From contig CAZALK010000012.1 in assembly GCA_964486045.1 (NCBI GenBank), forward strand, positions 64,001 through 128,000: 64,000 bases of DNA, written 5' to 3'. This DNA is from an uncultured archaeon. Lineage in GTDB: Archaea > Asgardarchaeota > Lokiarchaeia > Sigyniarchaeales > SOKP01. Positions within the stretch are counted from its first letter, which is position 1. Each line of letters begins with the position of its first letter. Positions 51,863-62,859 of the stretch are shown here, piece after piece. A program made the translations under genes and the position numbers. The notes beneath the pieces are model-generated. The model was not told the DNA's origin, made no database searches, and saw only the letters and a list, made by a program, of their open reading frames with translations.

Positions 51863-52786
51863 ATGCCTTATTTTGAAAAGGAAAACTTAAAATTATATTA
51901 TGAGGATGTCGGTGAGGGAGAAGCAATTATATCTAACCATGGGTTATCTGAGGATGGGAATTATTGGAGCGAAACTGGTGTTACAAAGGAATTATCAAAA
52001 AAATATAGATTTATTTCAATGGATATGAGGGGTCATGGTCGTACCATTGTAAGAGAACCTCCCTATGGATATGACCCAGATACTATGGCAAGCGATTTTG
52101 ATGCGCTTGCTGATTTTTTAGGTCTTGATAAATTTCACATTTTAACTCACGCTACTGGCGGGATGGTGGGTGCACGTTATGGTATGATCCGATCCGAACG
52201 TCTTATTAGCCTAATGCTAACTGACACTAGTTCAAACACACGCATAGAAATTCCCGATTATCGAGAGTTTACAGATGAAGAGAAAGCAATAAGAGATCAA
52301 AGAACTAAGGCTTGGGAAGAAGCCAAAGGGGAAGATAGACAAAAAATGATAGATTCATGGAAGGCAACTGTATCAAAGATTACAATTGAGCAAAGGATGG
52401 ATGGAATCAGACAAGAACCAGGACCCTATTTATTCAAAATGGCAGAGAATCCGGAAAGTGAAAGGATGCTGAAGATTTACGAAGGGTTCTTACGACGGCA
52501 AAATGTTGAAACAATTATTGACTTTCAAACAAGTTTTTATACAGATCCTGATCCTAGAATTGAACAGCTCCAACAGTTCAAATGCCCTACGCTGGTATTA
52601 TTAGGAGAGTTTGATGTTGTATTTTTAGAACCAAGTGAGATAATGGCAAGGGAGATACCTGACGTAAAGCATGTAATAATGCCAGGTCTTGGCCATATGA
52701 CTGCTATTGAAGATTCTGAAGGATTTATAAAAGAAATATTAGATTTCCTTGAAACAGTTGAACAAACTGGAAAAGCTAATAAATAA
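51863..52786 (+). CDS. Alpha/beta-hydrolase fold protein with Ala at the nucleophile position
   Basis: NHG, DMRGHG, THATGG, GEFD and GHM motifs. Confidence 0.88.
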   Translation: MPYFEKENLKLYYEDVGEGEAIISNHGLSEDGNYWSETGVTKELSKKYRFISMDMRGHGRTIVREPPYGYDPDTMASDFDALADFLGLDKFHILTHATGGMVGARYGMIRSERLISLMLTDTSSNTRIEIPDYREFTDEEKAIRDQRTKAWEEAKGEDRQKMIDSWKATVSKITIEQRMDGIRQEPGPYLFKMAENPESERMLKIYEGFLRRQNVETIIDFQTSFYTDPDPRIEQLQQFKCPTLVLLGEFDVVFLEPSEIMAREIPDVKHVIMPGLGHMTAIEDSEGFIKEILDFLETVEQTGKANK

Positions 52787-52958
52787 ATTAAATTATAATA
52801 TTTTACATTTCATCTTTTTTATTTTAGTCTTCTTTTTAATCTTTCCAAGTGTACAATTAGATTAAGATTTATAATTGTCTTATTTTCATAGACGAAATTG
52901 TAAGTTATATTTATCATTTTCGGAAAAATTATTTTTTATCCTATATTTTTAAAATTGA

Positions 52959-53963
52959 ATGAAAGAAGTATATCAAGGAATATTTTTAATTGAGGAAAAG
53001 GGGAGATTCAACCCTTCAGATAACATATATGTGATAGCCGGAAATGATGGTTTAATTTATGACGCGGGATATGGATCTAAAAAAGCATTAAAGTTATTTT
53101 TAAAAGAATTCGAAGAGATACAGAACTATTATAAGAAACAAAATAAAGACTTTAAAGTCACCCGAATAATCGTTAGCCATGGCCACTCAGACCATTTTAG
53201 CGGAGTCAGGTTTATAAGAGAAGACTTGGGCTTAAAAATTATTTTGACTGAGAAAATTGCTAAAACTATAAAAGATAAAGTAAGTTTTGAGGCTAATTTT
53301 CGAGGTGATGATTATGAAGATTATTTAAGAGTTAGAAAAAAGTCAGTACGAAAAATATGGAATTTACTTCGTCGTCTTGGTATGCGTTTGTTTTTTAGTA
53401 GAGTTCATGGTCTTTCTTATTTAGATCATCCTGATGAAATTATTGATGAAAATTCAGTTATAGTAATCAATGGTGAACGTTGGAAAATATTTCCGTCTCC
53501 AGGACACTCCCCTGAACACATTTCTCTCTATAGTGAGGAAAAGGGGATCCTTTTGGCTGGGGACAATGTCTTAAAGATGCGATCAACTTGGCTTGGACCC
53601 CCTGAGTCTAATATCACAGATTATATTGAAACTATTAAAAAATTACAGAATTTACCAAATTTAAAACTAATTCTTCCAGCCCACGGGGAAATTATTGAAA
53701 ACGCAAAGGAAACTCTTTCTGCAATCTTGGGGCGGATGGATGAACGAAAAAGACAAGTATTGGATGCTATTAGGAATTACTCAGATAAAGGGGTATCTCC
53801 AGATGACATCCTTAATCTTGTTTATCCTAAAAGTAAAAAATTTACACGAATTATTGGTCGTGATTGGGTAGTCTTAACATTGAAAATGTTAGAAAGTCAA
53901 AAACTAATTAAACGAGAGATAAAAAAAAATAAAATATTGTTTTTCCCTTTCAGAACTAATTAA
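52959..53963 (+). CDS. Metallo-beta-lactamase fold hydrolase with C-terminal wHTH
   Basis: SHGHSDH, PGHS, GD and PAHG motifs. Confidence 0.92.
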   Translation: MKEVYQGIFLIEEKGRFNPSDNIYVIAGNDGLIYDAGYGSKKALKLFLKEFEEIQNYYKKQNKDFKVTRIIVSHGHSDHFSGVRFIREDLGLKIILTEKIAKTIKDKVSFEANFRGDDYEDYLRVRKKSVRKIWNLLRRLGMRLFFSRVHGLSYLDHPDEIIDENSVIVINGERWKIFPSPGHSPEHISLYSEEKGILLAGDNVLKMRSTWLGPPESNITDYIETIKKLQNLPNLKLILPAHGEIIENAKETLSAILGRMDERKRQVLDAIRNYSDKGVSPDDILNLVYPKSKKFTRIIGRDWVVLTLKMLESQKLIKREIKKNKILFFPFRTN

Positions 53964-54843
53964 CCTTGGTTGTGAATTTATTTCTTTTTGTTATATAAAG
54001 TGCTATACTTAAAATTATTGCGATACTTGCCGGTATTGTAATTAACAAATGGTATCCAAATATAGATTCTTCTGCTCCATTACTCAAAATAAATGTTAGG
54101 AGGGACGCTTTATCATAGGTAATCTCACAGTTCTTTAGTACTCCATTGTCATTATAAGATATTGTTATTTCAATTTCTTTATGGATTTCATTAAAAGCGC
54201 CTTCGGGGTTATTATAAATAAATCCATTTTCAATTTCAGTTAGCGTAATATTTCCATTGATCATTCCAGAAATTTGGTCTACTAATTCTTGAAAATCTGA
54301 AATTAATTTAGTCCAATTCAAATTATTTGCGATGAAAATAAGTGAGAAATTATAAAATCCCTGTGGTATATTTATGATACCATATAACCCATAATTAAGC
54401 GTCGGAACAATCAATAAATCTGTCTCATTTGCTAAAACGATAATAGATAATTCGGAAGTTATTAAATCACCCAATCCTGGAATATTTATTGTAAATGATA
54501 CATTCACTTCTTTATAATAATAATCCTCATCACCATATATTGATCCAAGATACTCATCGCTTATCGAAAGAATCGTTGCTTTAAAATTAATTTTTGGATA
54601 CACTCCATAAGAAAACAGGTTTTCAATGATGGGAAAAGATATATTTATTAAATCCAATTTATCTTCCATATCAGTGTTAAATTCATTAAGAGTACTTTGG
54701 TCTATTGAAAGAACCCATGAATAATTTTCTCCAACGTTCACTCCAACATATTCATTAGGAATAGCAGTTGCAAAATGTATTGATGTCGATAATAACAGAC
54801 CCAATAAACAAATCATCAATTTATTAATTTTCGATAATTTCAT
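53956..54843 (-). CDS. Secreted, C-terminally membrane-anchored protein, tandem paralog A
   Basis: Signal peptide, YVGVNVGE.YSW, C-terminal TM with a basic tail. Confidence 0.8.
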   Translation of the reverse strand: MKLSKINKLMICLLGLLLSTSIHFATAIPNEYVGVNVGENYSWVLSIDQSTLNEFNTDMEDKLDLINISFPIIENLFSYGVYPKINFKATILSISDEYLGSIYGDEDYYYKEVNVSFTINIPGLGDLITSELSIIVLANETDLLIVPTLNYGLYGIINIPQGFYNFSLIFIANNLNWTKLISDFQELVDQISGMINGNITLTEIENGFIYNNPEGAFNEIHKEIEITISYNDNGVLKNCEITYDKASLLTFILSNGAEESIFGYHLLITIPASIAIILSIALYITKRNKFTTKVN

Positions 54844-54891
54844 CTATTTTTCAACCAAATATGGAATTTTGTTTTTTCCTCTCGGATTTAA

Positions 54892-55794
54892 TTAACATTG
54901 GTAAGGGGTTCCCTTTTTTTTCTTGATATAAAATACTATACTTAACATTAGTGCGGTGCTAGTAAATATTGTAATTAAGAGAATATATCCACTTATAGAT
55001 TCTTCTGCACTAATACTTAAAATAAATGTTAGGAGGGTTGTCTTATCATAAGTAATCTCACAGCTTTTAAGCACTCCTTTATCATTATAAGATGTTGTTA
55101 TTTCAATTTCTTTGTGTGTTTCATTAAAAGCTCCTTCGGGAGTTTTAAAAATAACTCCATTGTCAATTTCGACTGCCGTAATATTTTCACTGGTTAGTAC
55201 AGATATTTGGGATAATAATTCTTGAAAATCTGAAACTACCTTAGACCAATTCAAATTGTTAGCTATGAAAAAGTATGAGAAATTATTTAATCCTGGGGGT
55301 ATTGCTATGATGTCAAGTAATCCATAATTAATTATATGAATAATCCAATAATCTGTTCCATTAGCTAAAACTTTAACAGACAATTCAGTGGCTAACAAAT
55401 CTCCTAATCCCGGAATATTGATTCCAAATGATACATTCACATCTTTATAATAATAATCTACTTCTGCAGGCCCACCTCCATAATTGTAAGTTGAACCAAT
55501 ATGCTCATCGCTTATTGAAAGAATTTCTGCCTTGAAATTAATTTTCGGGTTCACTCCATAGGAGAAAAGGGTTTCTACGAGGGGGAAATATGGATATATT
55601 AAATTTAATTTCTCTTCCATATCAGTATTAAATTTATTAAGTGTAGTTTGGTCTATTGAAAGAACCCATGAATATTCTTCTCCTACATTTACTCCTACAT
55701 ATTCATCTGGAACAGCAGTAACAAAATGCATTGAGGTTGATAACAATATACCAAATAAACAAATAATTAGTTTATTAATTTTCGATAGTTTCAT
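54892..55794 (-). CDS. Secreted, C-terminally membrane-anchored protein, tandem paralog B
   Basis: Colinear with and highly similar to paralog A. Confidence 0.8.
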   Translation of the reverse strand: MKLSKINKLIICLFGILLSTSMHFVTAVPDEYVGVNVGEEYSWVLSIDQTTLNKFNTDMEEKLNLIYPYFPLVETLFSYGVNPKINFKAEILSISDEHIGSTYNYGGGPAEVDYYYKDVNVSFGINIPGLGDLLATELSVKVLANGTDYWIIHIINYGLLDIIAIPPGLNNFSYFFIANNLNWSKVVSDFQELLSQISVLTSENITAVEIDNGVIFKTPEGAFNETHKEIEITTSYNDKGVLKSCEITYDKTTLLTFILSISAEESISGYILLITIFTSTALMLSIVFYIKKKKGTPYQC

Positions 55795-55991
55795 TTATAA
55801 TTCAACTAAATGTGGAATTTTGTTTTTTGTTATAATTAATTGGGATACAACCTATTTAAAAGCTATTAAATTAGAGGATATTAAGCTACTGATAAGATAC
55901 CTATAAAAGTAATAGCTATTTATTTAACTTCTATATTACTAAGGATTTATTAACTTATTTCTAAATTGATAAGTGAATTAAATTAGTTTAA

Positions 55992-58202
55992 ATGAACTTA
56001 AAATCTTACACCGATATAATAATTAAAAGGAAAAAACCTCTTCCTCTCCATAACATGCAAGTGGAATCAAAAAAATATTACAATGGTCCGTATATAAAAA
56101 AAGATACTGTTTTTTATCGACATTATCAAGAAAATATTGTAAATAGTTGTACAAATAAAAATTCTTTAGTTGTATTACCCACTGGTTTAGGAAAAACTAT
56201 TATTGGAATTTTACTAATTTCACGTGCTCTCAAAAAGTATTCGAAGGGAAAAATAATTGTGCTTGCTCCTACAAGGCCATTAGTTAATCAACATAAAAGT
56301 TCTTGTGAAAAGTTCCTAGATATTGAGACTGAAAAAATCGTATCTTTCACAGGAAAGATATCCCCTGAGAAAAGAATCTATTTATTCAAAAATTCAAATG
56401 TAATCGTATCTACTCCGCAAGTAATTAATAACGATTTAACCAGAGGTCGTTATGACTTAACACGAGTCTCATTAATTATATTTGATGAGGCTCACAAGAC
56501 AAAAGGAAGATATTCTTACAATTTCATTTCAAAAGAGTATAGTAAGACGTGCAATGATCCTTTGATTTTAGGATTGACAGCTTCACCAGGAAAGGATTTT
56601 GAACATATACAAGAAATCTGTGATAATTTACTAATAGAAAATATTGTGTTTAGAGGTTATGAAGATGAAGATGTAGTCAAATATATTCATGAAATAGATA
56701 CTTTTATAAATTTGGTAGATCTACCAATAAAGGTTTTGGAATTAACCCAAATTTGGCAAAATCTCTTTCAAAACTTTTTAAGCTTCTTTATAGACAGAAA
56801 ATTAATTAATCCATTCAAGAAATACTACTCAAAATTAGATTTTTTGAGAATCTCTCATGATCTAACAGTATCAATAAGATATGAACAGGGTTACGAATTA
56901 GAAGATGAATATATGGATTGCTTATTTTATCAGGAGCCAAAGATTATAGACATTATCAAAGATAAAGATATTGATATACATTCAGTTTATTCATATTGTT
57001 CAAGTTGTGTCTCTCTTCTTCATGCAAAAGATTTAATTGAAACCCAAAATATTTCACTTTTTATTTCTTTTTTGGAAAGGATTAAATACAAAGCTGAAGA
57101 GGGGATCCTCTCTGCAAAAAGAATTGTAAATTCCAAGCATTTCAAATTAATAAATTCAATGATTGAAAAAGAAAATACACAAAATTTAACTCACCCTAAA
57201 ATAAACAAGATTATCTCAATCATTCGAGAAGAAAAGGAAGAATATAGTAATAAGAAAATAATAATTTTCACACAATTTAGAGAAATGGCCGAATTTTTAA
57301 AGATTAAATTGAAAAACGAATTTCAAGATCATTTAATAATTGAGAAGTTTATTGGTCAGTCTTCTAAAATAGATGATATTGGGTTTTCCCAAAACGTACA
57401 AGGAGAAATTCTTCAAAAATTCAGAAATGATAAAATTAATATTCTAATAGCAACAAGCGTTGCTGAAGAAGGGATTGATATCCCAAATGTAGACGCGGTT
57501 ATATTCTACGAACCTGTTCCCTCTGAGATAAGATTAATTCAAAGGCGAGGAAGAACAGGTAGAACTGCCCCTGGAAGGTGTTATATTTTAGTAACCGAAG
57601 ATACTGTTGATATTCCATTTTATCATGTTGCTAGGAGAAAAGAAAACTTAATGAAATCTATTCTAACCGATTATGACCAAATAAAGTTGAATGAAAACCT
57701 GGAACGCAAATCAATTACTTTTTCAGTGTCTGAGATAAATGAATGTGCAAATATAGATCTCGTTAAAAATTTTAAGGAAAGAAGAGAACGAGAAAAAGAA
57801 TTATTGGCAGACCGTTCGATTGAGGATATTCTTAGCCAATTAGATAATTTTTGCAAAAGTGAGGAATATGAAAAAATTAAGGAATCAGGAGTGACTTTTT
57901 ATTCGGATCTATTACAATTAGATCTGTCAAATTTGAGAAATAAGATATCAAAAATAAAAGGGAGGAAAAAAATGCATCAAGAAAAAAGAAAGATATACCT
58001 AAACAAAAATGTAAAAGCTATTATTAATTTAGTAAAGACTTATGGAGAAAATGGTAAACTAGATTTTAAAAAATTACAGCATCTTGCTAAAGAGGAAGAA
58101 ATAGTAGATCGGAAATTCTTTATTCATTTTAACCAAGCTTGCTTTCAAGGATACCTTAAAAAGCACATGGATAGTGTTCAATTTATTATGGATTATGATT
58201 AG
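55992..58202 (+). CDS. Hef/FANCM/Mph1-like SF2 helicase with no evident ERCC4 nuclease domain
   Basis: LPTGLGKT, PTRPLV.QH, DEAH, GLTASPG, TSVAEEGIDIP and QRRGRTGR motifs. Confidence 0.9.
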   Translation: MNLKSYTDIIIKRKKPLPLHNMQVESKKYYNGPYIKKDTVFYRHYQENIVNSCTNKNSLVVLPTGLGKTIIGILLISRALKKYSKGKIIVLAPTRPLVNQHKSSCEKFLDIETEKIVSFTGKISPEKRIYLFKNSNVIVSTPQVINNDLTRGRYDLTRVSLIIFDEAHKTKGRYSYNFISKEYSKTCNDPLILGLTASPGKDFEHIQEICDNLLIENIVFRGYEDEDVVKYIHEIDTFINLVDLPIKVLELTQIWQNLFQNFLSFFIDRKLINPFKKYYSKLDFLRISHDLTVSIRYEQGYELEDEYMDCLFYQEPKIIDIIKDKDIDIHSVYSYCSSCVSLLHAKDLIETQNISLFISFLERIKYKAEEGILSAKRIVNSKHFKLINSMIEKENTQNLTHPKINKIISIIREEKEEYSNKKIIIFTQFREMAEFLKIKLKNEFQDHLIIEKFIGQSSKIDDIGFSQNVQGEILQKFRNDKINILIATSVAEEGIDIPNVDAVIFYEPVPSEIRLIQRRGRTGRTAPGRCYILVTEDTVDIPFYHVARRKENLMKSILTDYDQIKLNENLERKSITFSVSEINECANIDLVKNFKERREREKELLADRSIEDILSQLDNFCKSEEYEKIKESGVTFYSDLLQLDLSNLRNKISKIKGRKKMHQEKRKIYLNKNVKAIINLVKTYGENGKLDFKKLQHLAKEEEIVDRKFFIHFNQACFQGYLKKHMDSVQFIMDYD

Positions 58203-58225
58203 TCTTTTACTTTTTTAACCAATAA

Positions 58226-61200
58226 TCAATTAATTTTTTCTTCTTTTTTTCTTATCAAATAATAACCCAAAATTATCATCGTTATTATTATCGGTAATGC
58301 AAGTGCAACAGGATTGTTTCCGCTAATAAGGAAGAAATAATATGAGATTGCGACAATTGAGGAAAAGAAAGCAATTATACTACCGTATTGAACTGCAAAA
58401 TTTCTCAAATTATGTCTAAGCATCTGCAATTTATAATTTGTACTCTTTATAACTTCTAATTCAGTCTCGTCCAATTCATCCAATATGTCAGGATTTTCAA
58501 AATAAATATAGAATCGAGGGTCATATTTCCCTTTTAGCTTTCCGGTACTAATTAGGAATAATAAATGGTCTTGAATATTTTGTTTCTTAATCTTTAATTC
58601 ATTATTTAAGAAGCTAATTGTTAAAAATTCATTAGCTACAGCTTTTATGGTCATAGTGATATACTCTTGTAAAATTAATCGTTCCAATGATTTTACTTTT
58701 TCACTCAAAATCTCTGTGAATTCAATTAAAAATTTCTCAAAATCCTCTAATACAAATTTTGAAATTTGACGAAAGTTTTTTGATTGTCTTTTGTATTCCC
58801 TTACCATCGTATTTGCTGCTTTGTTAATCTCTTTAATCTCAGATTCAATATTTTTTGCTCTCTTTTGAATTAAAATATTTATCTTTTTAAATTCCTTGAT
58901 TTCAATATTATCCTCTACCTTTCTCTCAAGATTTCCTAGTAGTAGGCTTAGTTTAATTTTATTACTGTTTATAAAATCTATTAACTTTCCACGAAAAGAT
59001 TCATTTTTCATAGTTTCTATTTGATCATTAATTTTTTCAGCCTTCTTGTTGAATTCCTCCTGAAAATCATTTTTTTTCCTCACAAATATCTCTCTTATCT
59101 CTGGAATCAATTTCCTGGAATCCCCAGATTTATTAGATATTTTCTTTATTTCATTTTCTACTTTTTCTTGTATTTGTCGTGATCTTTCCTTGAATTCCTG
59201 CCTTTTGTTTTCAAACAACTCTTGATTCTCTAAATAGGAGTCATTTTCTTCAGAATCTTTAACAAATCTATTGTAATATTCTTTTACTTCAATTTTCAGT
59301 GTATTGTATTGTTGATCTACAAAATTCTGCATCGAATTAAAAAGATCTAAAGAATGTTCTATAATATTTATGGCATTTTTGTCATTTTCTAAGATTGAAT
59401 CAAAATAAATTTTTGTACTGAGGAATTCTTTCCGTTCCTGATTTATTTGAAGTTCATTGATTTTATCATAGAATTTCTTTGGGATAATTTCATTAAAACC
59501 TTTTAAATCCTTAATTCTATTTTGAAGTTCTAACATATTTGTCTTTAAAGTCAAATTTCTAATACTTGAGTCATAGAGCGCAAGTATGTTCCCAACTCTT
59601 TCTCGGTTTGATTTTAATAAATGATTATCAACGTAGTTTCTTAAATCTTTATTTAAATAATAAAATTCGGTATGAATTAGAACTGATTTATCATTTTCAT
59701 TCAATTCAGCAGATACTTTAGAGATTCCTATCATATTTTTCAATCTTTTAATTAAAATCTTGCAAGAGAGTTTTAAATCATCTCTTAAATCGACAAGTTT
59801 AATATTATTAGTTTTTTTCTCGATTGCCATTATATTTATTCTATTTGAAATAACAATATCAATAAACTCGTATTTTAACTCAGAAATTTCATTGATGAAA
59901 AAATCAGCGAATTTTTCCCATTGCAGGATAGTCATATTTGATTTTTCCTTAAAGTTTTCAATGCTTTTAGTGCAACTATTAAATTTCTTTAAAAATAATT
60001 TATTTGTTTTGTTAAAATTAGATTTAATTATATCAAATTCCTTACTTATCTGCTCAATTTGTAAATTTTTTGACTGATCAAATCTAGTTTTAATTTTTGA
60101 TAATTCATTTTTTAATTTAAGCGCCTCCTGGGTCACGAAATTATCAAAGTCTTGTACTTTAGTTTTATTTCTCTCCTCTGTAACCTTATCCTTTAAAGAT
60201 TGCGCTTGTTTGGCTATTGATTCAATAATCCTTGATTCTGAATTATCTAGATTGTCCTGCAGATGTTTAAATAATAAATAAAGTCCCTGTTTTTCATTGA
60301 TCTCATCTTTAACAACCGATTGGAGATTTTTAATCTCCTTTAGTTCAGCATTCAGTAAGATATCGGATTCTTTTCTAATGATTTCAAAAGCCTTTTGAAA
60401 TTGATTTGTTGAGATCTTACTCTTAGTATTTTCCCCAATCTTAGAAATCTCGTTATTTGATTTAACATTAAATACCTCTATTTTGTTTAAAATCTCTTTA
60501 AAAAACTGGAATCCCTCATTATAAAATTTATACTCGTTTTCAAATTTCTCTTTAATCCTTACCCAATTTTCTATTATTTTCCTATGCTTATCAACAATTT
60601 CTACTTCTCTTGTTGTAATTTGTTGGGAGATATTATAGATAATTTTATCGTATTTGCTTATATCTTCGATAATTTGATTCAAATGTTGGATAATAAAAGA
60701 AAATTTATTACTATCATATTCTCTCTCAAGATTCTCACTGAAAATTTTCTTAAAAGAGTTTACCTTTTTGTCCAAGTCTTCTTCAATTAAGCCAAGTCTT
60801 TCCATTAAATTTTCTAATAGTCTATTTAAATTTCTTATTTTCTCTTTCTCTTGTATTTTACCTTTAAGATTTGAATCAACCTCGACTAAATTATGATGTA
60901 AAACTGAATATCCTTTATTCCATTTAGCGATTTCAGTACTTAAAGTAGTTTTAATATTAATATAGTATAAATCTTCATTAAATGAATTTTCAATATTTTC
61001 ATTCAAGAAATCAGCTTCCATTACAGCACTTCTTATTATAAATTTTAATCTTTCCTTTGCGTAATCAACTTCATTAATTAAGAGATAACTGTTAATTTCT
61101 TCTTTTATTTGTTTTCCTATATTCTTTAATTTTAAGTTAACATTATAGATATCATTCCTGATATCTTCTAATTTCTCTTTTTCCTCAAGAATCCTCTCCA

Positions 61201-62632
61201 TGTTTATTTCCGTGTCAGATAAAATAATTTTTTCTAAAATATATTTCAAATAAAAGTTATATTTTGTTTTCGCTAAGAATGGTTTTTTGGTTCTTATGTT
61301 CCCCTTAAAGAAATTCCTCGAAATTAAATCATTGATTGTCGGAATAATATCCTCTTTCAACTTTAAAGGCTCCATATTCTGAGTTTTAAATTTCTTAAAC
61401 ATCTCTGACAACGAAATTATACTTTTTTTCCTAATTTGATCATAAAATCTCTGAATAAATTCCTGTTTCCCACCTGCTAAATTCCGAATATAATTTCTAA
61501 ATTCGATTTTGTTATCTAATATTCTTAAATTAAAATTATAATTAAGATTAATATAGGAGATGAGATCTTCAATATCGTTAAATAATCCAAAAGTAGTTTT
61601 CAATTGATTTAAATCAATATATTTCTCTTTTTCCAGTTCCTTAAACACTAATCTTTCAATTTCGCCGATGAATTTCTTCCATATTAAAGATAAAAGAATA
61701 ATTAATTTAGAAACAGCAGCTAGGTGTAAAACATCCCACTTCTCAATATTGCTTAAAATCTCATTTAATTGAACATTAATAAACAAATATACCCCTGAAG
61801 GGTTGTAATCTAAAAGCCATGAATAAAGATCTAATACGTAAACTATCCAAAAAGTATCATTAAGATTTTCTGTTTGATTAAAACCATAACCGCCTGTTTC
61901 CATTTGATATTGGTGAAGGTTTTGAAATTCTTTTTCTTTTACTTCTAATTCTAAATCTATAGATTTTAAACAAAGAAACTTATAGACTAATGGGATGGTT
62001 TTTTTTTTGGTATCCCCAATTAATAAACGAAATTGATCCCGGTTATTACGAACATCTACACCCAGAAGCGTAAGGATCTCCATGACATAAAATAAAGTCC
62101 TTGCAGGGGAAATGCTTTTACAAACATCACACTCATTATCATGACAGTGTAAGAATACATTTCCTTTCTTATGTGAAAGAATAAAATTTTTAACATCTTC
62201 TTTAATGTGACTCTGACCTTCTGAGGCAAAGAATTCTTTTAGAACTCCAAGATTTTTTAAACTGGCTAATGCTAGATAAGTGGAGTAAATATCGGCGTGT
62301 TTTTGAGGATCAAGTGACAGTTTAAATCCTAGCTTTTTATCTACCCTAATTTCGCATTTTTTAATGAAACTAAATAATCCATCTCGTTCTTTCTTCTTTT
62401 CTTCTTTCAAATATTTTCTAAGCAGTGAAAACCAGAATACATCTTCTAATGTTAAGCTATGCTCATCTAATAAATTCTTGTTAAAGTAATTGTAAAAAGT
62501 AATTAATTTATTATAATCTCTTACGTAAAAACGCCCAATATCTTTTCGTTTAATAATGACAAATGATTTAAATGGCTCCTTTTTAAACTTGGTGATATAT
62601 GGGTAAGCTGACTTCTTCTCAATGTTAATCAA
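58226..62632 (-). CDS. 1468-aa protein: prenyltransferase-like repeats, long coiled coil, PCI-like wHTH, two C-terminal TMs
   Basis: ADIYSTYLALASL and ETGGYG...DTFWIV repeats; heptad-rich middle; LISTGKLKGKYD; hydrophobic C-terminus. Confidence 0.7.
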   Translation of the reverse strand: MINIEKKSAYPYITKFKKEPFKSFVIIKRKDIGRFYVRDYNKLITFYNYFNKNLLDEHSLTLEDVFWFSLLRKYLKEEKKKERDGLFSFIKKCEIRVDKKLGFKLSLDPQKHADIYSTYLALASLKNLGVLKEFFASEGQSHIKEDVKNFILSHKKGNVFLHCHDNECDVCKSISPARTLFYVMEILTLLGVDVRNNRDQFRLLIGDTKKKTIPLVYKFLCLKSIDLELEVKEKEFQNLHQYQMETGGYGFNQTENLNDTFWIVYVLDLYSWLLDYNPSGVYLFINVQLNEILSNIEKWDVLHLAAVSKLIILLSLIWKKFIGEIERLVFKELEKEKYIDLNQLKTTFGLFNDIEDLISYINLNYNFNLRILDNKIEFRNYIRNLAGGKQEFIQRFYDQIRKKSIISLSEMFKKFKTQNMEPLKLKEDIIPTINDLISRNFFKGNIRTKKPFLAKTKYNFYLKYILEKIILSDTEINMERILEEKEKLEDIRNDIYNVNLKLKNIGKQIKEEINSYLLINEVDYAKERLKFIIRSAVMEADFLNENIENSFNEDLYYINIKTTLSTEIAKWNKGYSVLHHNLVEVDSNLKGKIQEKEKIRNLNRLLENLMERLGLIEEDLDKKVNSFKKIFSENLEREYDSNKFSFIIQHLNQIIEDISKYDKIIYNISQQITTREVEIVDKHRKIIENWVRIKEKFENEYKFYNEGFQFFKEILNKIEVFNVKSNNEISKIGENTKSKISTNQFQKAFEIIRKESDILLNAELKEIKNLQSVVKDEINEKQGLYLLFKHLQDNLDNSESRIIESIAKQAQSLKDKVTEERNKTKVQDFDNFVTQEALKLKNELSKIKTRFDQSKNLQIEQISKEFDIIKSNFNKTNKLFLKKFNSCTKSIENFKEKSNMTILQWEKFADFFINEISELKYEFIDIVISNRINIMAIEKKTNNIKLVDLRDDLKLSCKILIKRLKNMIGISKVSAELNENDKSVLIHTEFYYLNKDLRNYVDNHLLKSNRERVGNILALYDSSIRNLTLKTNMLELQNRIKDLKGFNEIIPKKFYDKINELQINQERKEFLSTKIYFDSILENDKNAINIIEHSLDLFNSMQNFVDQQYNTLKIEVKEYYNRFVKDSEENDSYLENQELFENKRQEFKERSRQIQEKVENEIKKISNKSGDSRKLIPEIREIFVRKKNDFQEEFNKKAEKINDQIETMKNESFRGKLIDFINSNKIKLSLLLGNLERKVEDNIEIKEFKKINILIQKRAKNIESEIKEINKAANTMVREYKRQSKNFRQISKFVLEDFEKFLIEFTEILSEKVKSLERLILQEYITMTIKAVANEFLTISFLNNELKIKKQNIQDHLLFLISTGKLKGKYDPRFYIYFENPDILDELDETELEVIKSTNYKLQMLRHNLRNFAVQYGSIIAFFSSIVAISYYFFLISGNNPVALALPIIITMIILGYYLIRKKEEKIN

Positions 62633-62859
62633 ATTAAAAGAACCCCGAAAATGGTAAATTTTCTTATTTTGTAATTAATGAAAATCTTGACATTTATTTT
62701 TATTGAAATTGGAATAACACCTTTAAAATTACATTAAATCATAAAAATTATAGATGCATACTTAAACATGCTTGAGAAAATTCACAGTTGATAAGTCTAA
62801 TTATGCTCTTTTTAAGAAAGGAATGTTACAACTATAATGCTGATAAATGTAATTTACAT

